Source of the DNA: Longimicrobiales bacterium
GTDB taxonomy: Bacteria > Gemmatimonadota > Gemmatimonadetes > Longimicrobiales > Gaopeijiaceae
Reading direction: 5' to 3'
Length of the DNA: 64,000 nucleotides
Assembly: GCA_965238005.1 (NCBI GenBank)
Contig: OZ250165.1
Span: forward strand, 4,704,001-4,768,000
The translations under genes and the position numbers were made by a program. Under the pieces are notes generated by a model. The model was not told the origin of the DNA, searched no databases, and saw only the letters and a program-made list of their open reading frames with translations. Shown here one piece after another: positions 58,523 to 64,000 of this stretch (the stretch's first letter is position 1; every line of letters starts with the position of its first letter).

Positions 58523-59329
58523 GTGACCGACGAATCCAACGCTCTGGAAGCAGTCGAGCTCACGGTCCGTTATCCTGGGATGGACCATCCCGCCCTGGAC
58601 GACGTGTCCATGGTCGTCCCACGGGGATCCTTCTACGCAGTCCTTGGTCCCAACGGATCGGGAAAGTCGACGCTGCTCAGAGCCCTACTCGGAATGGTCC
58701 CCTACGTGACCGGAGAGACCCGGGTCTCAGGACGGAGCGTCTCGGAGTGGAACCGGCGGGCGCTGGCCAGAGAGGTGGGGGTCGTGCCTCAAGCGGAGTC
58801 GGTGGCATTCCCACTCACCGTCCGGGATCTCGTAGGCATGGGTCGCTACCCATACCTTGGACCGCTCCAGCCTGAGACTCCGGCCGATCGGGAGGCCATC
58901 CAGCGGGCCATGGAACGCTGCGACGTATGGGAGCTCGGACATCGGTTCATCTCGACCCTGTCGGGGGGCGAGCTTCAGCGGGCACGAGTCGCCAGGGCCC
59001 TCGCCCAGGAGCCCGAGGCGCTGGTCCTGGATGAGCCCACCACCAGTCTCGACATACGCCACGAGATGGAGATCCTGGAGCTCCTCAGATCCTCCGCAAA
59101 CGGGGGGATGACGATCTTCCTCATCACCCACCACCTCGACCTGGCCGCCCGCTTCGCAGACCGTGTATTGCTTCTGGACCGTGGCCGCGTCGCCGCTGAG
59201 GGAGAGCCTCGCGAGGTCCTTCGGGAGAGCACACTCCAGCAGGTGTACCAGTGGCCCGTGACCGTGGATGACGATCTGGCCACCGGGGTCTTGCGAGTAA
59301 CACCCCTGTCCGGGCGCTACAGGTCGTAG
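58523..59329 (+). CDS. btuD: BtuD/FecE-family ABC ATPase
   Basis: GPNGSGKST, LSGGE and LDEPT. Confidence 0.88.
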   Translation: MTDESNALEAVELTVRYPGMDHPALDDVSMVVPRGSFYAVLGPNGSGKSTLLRALLGMVPYVTGETRVSGRSVSEWNRRALAREVGVVPQAESVAFPLTVRDLVGMGRYPYLGPLQPETPADREAIQRAMERCDVWELGHRFISTLSGGELQRARVARALAQEPEALVLDEPTTSLDIRHEMEILELLRSSANGGMTIFLITHHLDLAARFADRVLLLDRGRVAAEGEPREVLRESTLQQVYQWPVTVDDDLATGVLRVTPLSGRYRS

Positions 59330-59603
59330 TGTGGTGTCCCAGAAGTGTCTCGGCCATTGATCTCGCTGCGCTCGATCGTCTCGCGGTCGACTCGGCGCTC
59401 ACGACGAGCATGAAGGTCGCTCGGCTCGAGCACCGACGCATCCGGCCCTGCGGCGTTCCTCCTCCTCGGACCACGGCCTTCGGCCGCGGTGCCCGCGTTG
59501 CTATTCCTCGTCGTCGCGCCTGACCCACGCATCCGGCGCGGGTACCCCGGATCCGGCGCCTCGGCACTCTCGGTGGCTCGCGAACTTCTTCTGGGACACC
59601 ACA
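59330..59603 (-). mobile_element. MITE type A, copy 2 (inverted)
   Basis: Same TIRs as copy 1, flanked by GTAG and CTAG; interior highly similar to the reverse complement of 37711-37982. Confidence 0.9.
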
Positions 59604-59638
59604 CTAGGAGCCCCTCGCCATGACTCGGACCGGGCTTT

Positions 59639-60538
59639 TTAGGACTCGGCTTCCTCGAACAGGGTCCTATAGCTTTCGAAGCGACCGGTGTCGATTTCTC
59701 CTGCAGCGACCGCTTCGCGCACGGAACAGTCCGGCTCGTGCAAGTGGCTACAGCCTCGGAAACGGCAGCCGGATGCAAGAGAGCGGAGCTCCGGAAAGCA
59801 CTCATCCAGGTCCGCCTGTCGTACCCCCCAAACCCCTATGTCGCTGAAGCCGGGAGTATCCGCGACCAGCCCACCACACCGGAGCTGGATCAGCCGTGAA
59901 GTCACGGTGGTGTGACGACCCGTGCCCCGCTTGCGGCTGAGCTCCCCGGTCCTGAGTTCCTGCTCCGGCTCGAGGGCGTTGACCAGACTCGACTTCCCAA
60001 CCCCGGACGGGCCCGCAAGAGCCGCGATACCTTGGCAGACCTGCCTGGCGAAGCTGTCCATGCCCTGACCGGTGAGGGCGCTCACCTTCAGCACGTCGTA
60101 ACCCAAGGGCTGGTAGACCCGTTCCAACTCCTCTGCCACCTCGCCGGCGCCCTCGAGGTCGGCCTTGTTCAGGACTACGACGGGTGTGACCCCACCGTAC
60201 TCGCCCACCACCAGCAGCCGATCGATCAGGTCACGACGGGGCTTCGGCCTGCTGGCGGCGAAGACTGCGAGGAGTCGATCGGCGTTGGACACCAGGACCT
60301 TGGTGGAGCGCCCGCCGAAGCGGGTGCGAGTAATGGTCGTCTCGCGCTCGAACACCTCCTCGATGACGTGGGTCTCGCCACCCACTTCCGTCACGCGGAC
60401 TCGATCCCCGATGACCACCTGATCGCCCGTGCGCTCCTCGAGCTTGAGACGACCCCTCAGTGATGCCTCGACAACGGTCCCCGACTCGAGCGCCACGGTG
60501 TACACTCCACCGCGGACAAGGTGAACCATGCCTTTCAT
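59639..60538 (-). CDS. rsgA: Ribosome small subunit-dependent GTPase A
   Basis: NKAD, GPSGVGKSS, GRHTT, DTPG and CRFRGCSHLHEPDC. Confidence 0.95.
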   Translation of the reverse strand: MKGMVHLVRGGVYTVALESGTVVEASLRGRLKLEERTGDQVVIGDRVRVTEVGGETHVIEEVFERETTITRTRFGGRSTKVLVSNADRLLAVFAASRPKPRRDLIDRLLVVGEYGGVTPVVVLNKADLEGAGEVAEELERVYQPLGYDVLKVSALTGQGMDSFARQVCQGIAALAGPSGVGKSSLVNALEPEQELRTGELSRKRGTGRHTTVTSRLIQLRCGGLVADTPGFSDIGVWGVRQADLDECFPELRSLASGCRFRGCSHLHEPDCSVREAVAAGEIDTGRFESYRTLFEEAES

Positions 60539-60563
60539 GTGCTCAGTGGGATAGGCAGCACAC

Positions 60564-60620
60564 GAAAAAAAACCCCGCCCCCCACCGAGACCGTCCGATC
60601 CCGGGGAAGGCGGGGCTTCC
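60564..60620 (-). terminator. Rho-independent terminator after the sigma factor
   Basis: GCCCCGCC...GGCGGGGT stem followed by a long T run on the minus strand. Confidence 0.75.
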
Positions 60621-60631
60621 CTGCCGGTGGG

Positions 60632-61531
60632 TCACGCCGCGAACGACTCCAGCGCGTCTCCCTTACCACCCTCGCGAAGCCTCCGCAGGGCCCGGTCACG
60701 CAGCTGGCGAATCCGCTCGCGCGTCACTCCCAGCAGGTTGCCGATCTCCTCGAGCGTGTGCTCGCGCTCGCCCTCCAGACCGAAGTAGAGTCGAAGCACC
60801 TTGGCGTCCCGCGCCTCGAGCGTGCTCAATGCGTCGCCGACGGTCTGGGTCAAAAGCCGGCTCTCGACCTCCTGCTCTGGCTCGGCCGCCTCTTCAGTGA
60901 TGAACCGCTCGACAAGCTGAGAATCCTCGCTGTCGCCGATGGGGGCATCGAGCCGAATCTCTGCCGCGTTGAGAGTCTGGAGAGACTCGATCAGCTCCGG
61001 CGTGAGGTCCGTCGCCGAACTCAACTCCTCGGACGTGGGCTCACGATTCAGCTCCTGCTTGAGGCGCTCCTTCTCACGAAAGATACGCGCCAGGTCGGAC
61101 GCCCGGTTGAGAGGCACACGCACCGCACGCCCGTGATTGGCCAGAGAGGCCAGGATCGCCTGACGAATCCACCAAACCGCGTAGCTGATGAACTTAACGC
61201 CCTGCTCGGGATCGAACTTCCGGGCGGCCGTGACCAATCCGACATTTCCCTCTTGGATCAGGTCCGTGAGGGCCACACCCCGGTTCTGGTACTTCTTGGC
61301 CACGCTGATGACGAATCGAAGATTCGCCCGGGCGAGCTCCTGAATCGCGTTCTGGTCACCATTCTGAGCGAGGGCACCGAGCTCCTTCTCCTTGTCGGGA
61401 GTGATGAGCTCATGGCGACTGACATCCCTCAGATACTGATCGAGGGCGGTCTTTTCTTCGATGCTCGCGTCGAAGCCGGCCAGGGGGTTGCGCCGCCCCT
61501 TCCGCTCTCTGCGCGTAGTAACCGTAGCCAT
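60632..61531 (-). CDS. RpoD/SigA-family sigma factor (short, no region 1.1)
   Basis: ANLRFVISVAKKY, DLIQEGN, SYAVWWIRQ and TRERIRQ. Confidence 0.95.
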   Translation of the reverse strand: MATVTTRRERKGRRNPLAGFDASIEEKTALDQYLRDVSRHELITPDKEKELGALAQNGDQNAIQELARANLRFVISVAKKYQNRGVALTDLIQEGNVGLVTAARKFDPEQGVKFISYAVWWIRQAILASLANHGRAVRVPLNRASDLARIFREKERLKQELNREPTSEELSSATDLTPELIESLQTLNAAEIRLDAPIGDSEDSQLVERFITEEAAEPEQEVESRLLTQTVGDALSTLEARDAKVLRLYFGLEGEREHTLEEIGNLLGVTRERIRQLRDRALRRLREGGKGDALESFAA

Positions 61532-61923
61532 CGAAAATCTATTCTCCTAACCACTCAGGTTTTCTATTGTGAGCCGACCTTCCTCGAACGTCGAATCCGT
61601 ACGATAGGCAGCCATTAAGATAGTAACATGTCTCGTTCTTGTCTAGATGCTTCGAGAGCTACTTAGACACCGAGCCACGAAAAGGGTTCCCACTCTTGGG
61701 AACGCGTCCGGCCACCCGCAACATGATCTCGATCGCCTCGGCGTCTGCCCTCAAACGGCGGTAGATCGGGCAGGTCGGTAACCACCACATGCTAACCCTG
61801 TTGCCCCCTCCGGTTCCCTCCGTCGCGCCTCGCTCGCGCTCGCGAACACTGTCCCTATCGGCGTTGCGCATCCTCCTGCTGCGGTTAAGCTTCCTGCTCA
61901 AGCATCTCTCACCTGGAGCACCC

Positions 61924-62670
61924 TTGGCACTCACCTGGCGGGTGGCGGGCATGTCGGACCCCGGACTCAAGCGAGACCGAAACGAGGACACCCTGCTCCT
62001 GGACGAGACCAACGGAATCGTGATCGTGGCCGACGGCATCGGCGGCCGTCCCGCCGGTCATCTCGCGTCCGCGGAAGCCGCACGAACCGTGCAGGAAGGC
62101 CTGACGTCCGGAGGATCGAGCTCGGGCTGGGGCGAGAGAATGGTTGAGGCAGTACAGCGGGCCAACCGCAACATCTGGGAAGCCGCCAGAGAGGAGCCCG
62201 AGCACACGGGCATGGGCACTACTGTGACGGCCCTCGCCATGCAGGGGAACTCAGGGCTCTGGGTCGTCGGCCACGTGGGTGACAGCCGCGCCTACCTCCT
62301 CCGGGATGGAGGCCTGAAGCGGATCACCCGCGACCACACGGTCGTCCAGGAGCTCGTGGAGTCGGGAGCGCTCGCGCTGTCGGCTGCCGAGGGACATCCT
62401 CTCAGCCACCTCATCAACCGGGCCGTGGGTACCTCCGATGAAGTCGAGCCCGATGTCTTCGACGGATCCGCCCAAGCCGGTGACATCTTCCTGCTCTGCA
62501 CCGACGGCCTGGCCGGGCTGATGACGGACAGCGAGCTCGAGGACGCGCTAGAAGGCCTCACGTCGGACGGTCTCGAGGACACTACCGCCAGCCTGATCAC
62601 CGAGGCCCACGCCCGAGGCGCCCCGGACAACGTTACGCTTGGCTTCTTGGTACTCGAAGAAGCGAGCTGA
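61924..62670 (+). CDS. PP2C-type Ser/Thr phosphatase
   Basis: RNED, VADGIGG, GMGTT, HVGDSR, CTDG and DNVT; TTG start after GGAG. Confidence 0.92.
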   Translation: MALTWRVAGMSDPGLKRDRNEDTLLLDETNGIVIVADGIGGRPAGHLASAEAARTVQEGLTSGGSSSGWGERMVEAVQRANRNIWEAAREEPEHTGMGTTVTALAMQGNSGLWVVGHVGDSRAYLLRDGGLKRITRDHTVVQELVESGALALSAAEGHPLSHLINRAVGTSDEVEPDVFDGSAQAGDIFLLCTDGLAGLMTDSELEDALEGLTSDGLEDTTASLITEAHARGAPDNVTLGFLVLEEAS

Positions 62671-62694
62671 GTAGAGCCAGAGTCCACACGAGCG

Positions 62695-63984
62695 TTAGCC
62701 CCGGCGGGTGATTCGCTCCAAAACCTGATCACGGTCCAGTGAGCGGCGCTCGAAGGTGAACACCCGGAGGACCCGTGAAGTCGTGTAGAGGTCTTGAGCC
62801 AAGCGCGGCAGATCGATGAGTCCCGGGAGGCCACCCAGACCTAGGCGCTGGACCTGCCCGGTCCGCCTCTCGATGAGCAGATCCAGCTGGAACATGGCAC
62901 GCTTGGCGGGAAAGTCGATGACCACCTCGCCGGGCCCGAGGCCCACCTCCTCGGCCAACTGATCCTCCACCGCCCTCTTCATGGGTGTCTCGGAGACCAC
63001 CCAGTCCTCCACGACCCGATCGCCCAGCTCGGCGGCCGTGACCTCCAATGCCCGCTTGGGAAGCTTGCGGGTCCTGAGGGCGGGGAGCCACCGTGTCGAA
63101 AGCCTCTCGGCGACGGGACTGTCGGCAACCTGAGCGCGGCGGGTCGTCTCGTAGATCAGCTCCTCGTCGGTAGCGCCGACAAGCTCCTCCGGGTCGAGGA
63201 TCCCATCCCGCACGGCCTCGTCCACGATCCTCTTGTAGAGAGCCGTGGCAGCGCGCACGCCGTGATGCCAATACACGTTTCTGAACATCTGATACTTGGC
63301 GAAGAGGAGCGACTCGAGGGCCGCCACCGCCTTCTCGTGGACCCCTACCTCCGCCCGCCCAGTCTCGGGATCCGTGAGGACGACGATCCCCTGGAGCAGC
63401 CGGTCCACGTCCACCTCGCCGTATGGCACCCCGCAAAAGCGGGCGTCCCGTCGGAGGTACTCCATCTTGTCCAGGTCCAGGCTGCCCGCCACCAGGCCTC
63501 CAAGGGGATTGTCGCTGCGTGCACGGATCAGGGCATGGATCTTCGGCGCTGCGCCGGGTCCGATGGTCGCCAGAGCATCGTTCAGCTCCGGCGAATCGAA
63601 GAAGCGAGCGCTGATCGCCTCGTGATCCCCCGGGAGGAGATCCGCCTCAAGCTCCTCCAGGGCGTGGGAGAACGCGTAGTGCCCGATGTCGTGCAGAAGG
63701 GCGGCATACGGCACAAGGTACGCATCCTCCCAGATGTCCTCGGGGATTCGACGCCCTTCCTTCAGACGCCGGATGGCCGTGACGGCCAGATGATACACGC
63801 CGATGGCGTGATCGAATCGGGTGTGCGTCGCCCCGGGATAGACCAGGTGGGCAAAGCCGAGCTGTCGGATGTAGCGAAGCCTCTGGAAAGCCTGCGTATC
63901 CACGATACGCACAGCCGTTGCATCGAGTCGAATTGTGTTCCACAGCGGGTCCCGAATGACCCGATCCCGGCTCTCGGAAGGCAT
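62695..63984 (-). CDS. HD-domain phosphohydrolase (SAMHD1/dNTPase-like)
   Basis: FQRLRYIRQLG, HTRFDH, LLHDIGH, DLDKMEY and VYWHH. Confidence 0.92.
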   Translation of the reverse strand: MPSESRDRVIRDPLWNTIRLDATAVRIVDTQAFQRLRYIRQLGFAHLVYPGATHTRFDHAIGVYHLAVTAIRRLKEGRRIPEDIWEDAYLVPYAALLHDIGHYAFSHALEELEADLLPGDHEAISARFFDSPELNDALATIGPGAAPKIHALIRARSDNPLGGLVAGSLDLDKMEYLRRDARFCGVPYGEVDVDRLLQGIVVLTDPETGRAEVGVHEKAVAALESLLFAKYQMFRNVYWHHGVRAATALYKRIVDEAVRDGILDPEELVGATDEELIYETTRRAQVADSPVAERLSTRWLPALRTRKLPKRALEVTAAELGDRVVEDWVVSETPMKRAVEDQLAEEVGLGPGEVVIDFPAKRAMFQLDLLIERRTGQVQRLGLGGLPGLIDLPRLAQDLYTTSRVLRVFTFERRSLDRDQVLERITRRG

Positions 63985-64000
63985 GGCGGACGTTAGCGGT

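Noticed and set aside
61659..62039. Minus-strand 126-aa ORF upstream of the sigma factor
   Set aside because: It overlaps the PP2C gene and the promoter region, and has no motif or RBS.
1..64000. CRISPR arrays, tRNA and rRNA genes
   Set aside because: No regularly spaced direct repeats, cloverleafs or rRNA-like sequence were seen by eye.

Overview
High-GC bacterial chromosome segment. Gene content suggests Gemmatimonadota (inference, not checked). Core content: type IV pilus minor-pilin cluster, NAD-glutamate dehydrogenase, an intact YhaO/YhaN (Mre11/Rad50-like) pair, glycosyltransferases, a Fur-boxed TonB receptor, sucA, ctaA, trpE, a btuFCD-like ABC importer, rsgA, two sigma factors, a PP2C phosphatase and an HD hydrolase. 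Less obvious features: (1) an OsmC-like selenoprotein split by the ORF track at an in-frame TGA followed by a SECIS-like hairpin, in a translationally coupled yfiH-Cys4 protein-osmC operon; (2) non-autonomous elements with different terminal inverted repeats but a shared hairpin-rich interior, which, like an intact IS1182-family element, mostly sit in TAG stop codons; (3) a second SbcD/SbcC-like pair with degenerate catalytic motifs in both partners; (4) several frameshifted or nonsense-bearing genes; (5) recurrent leaderless-type promoters. All calls come from reading motifs by eye; no database searches were run.
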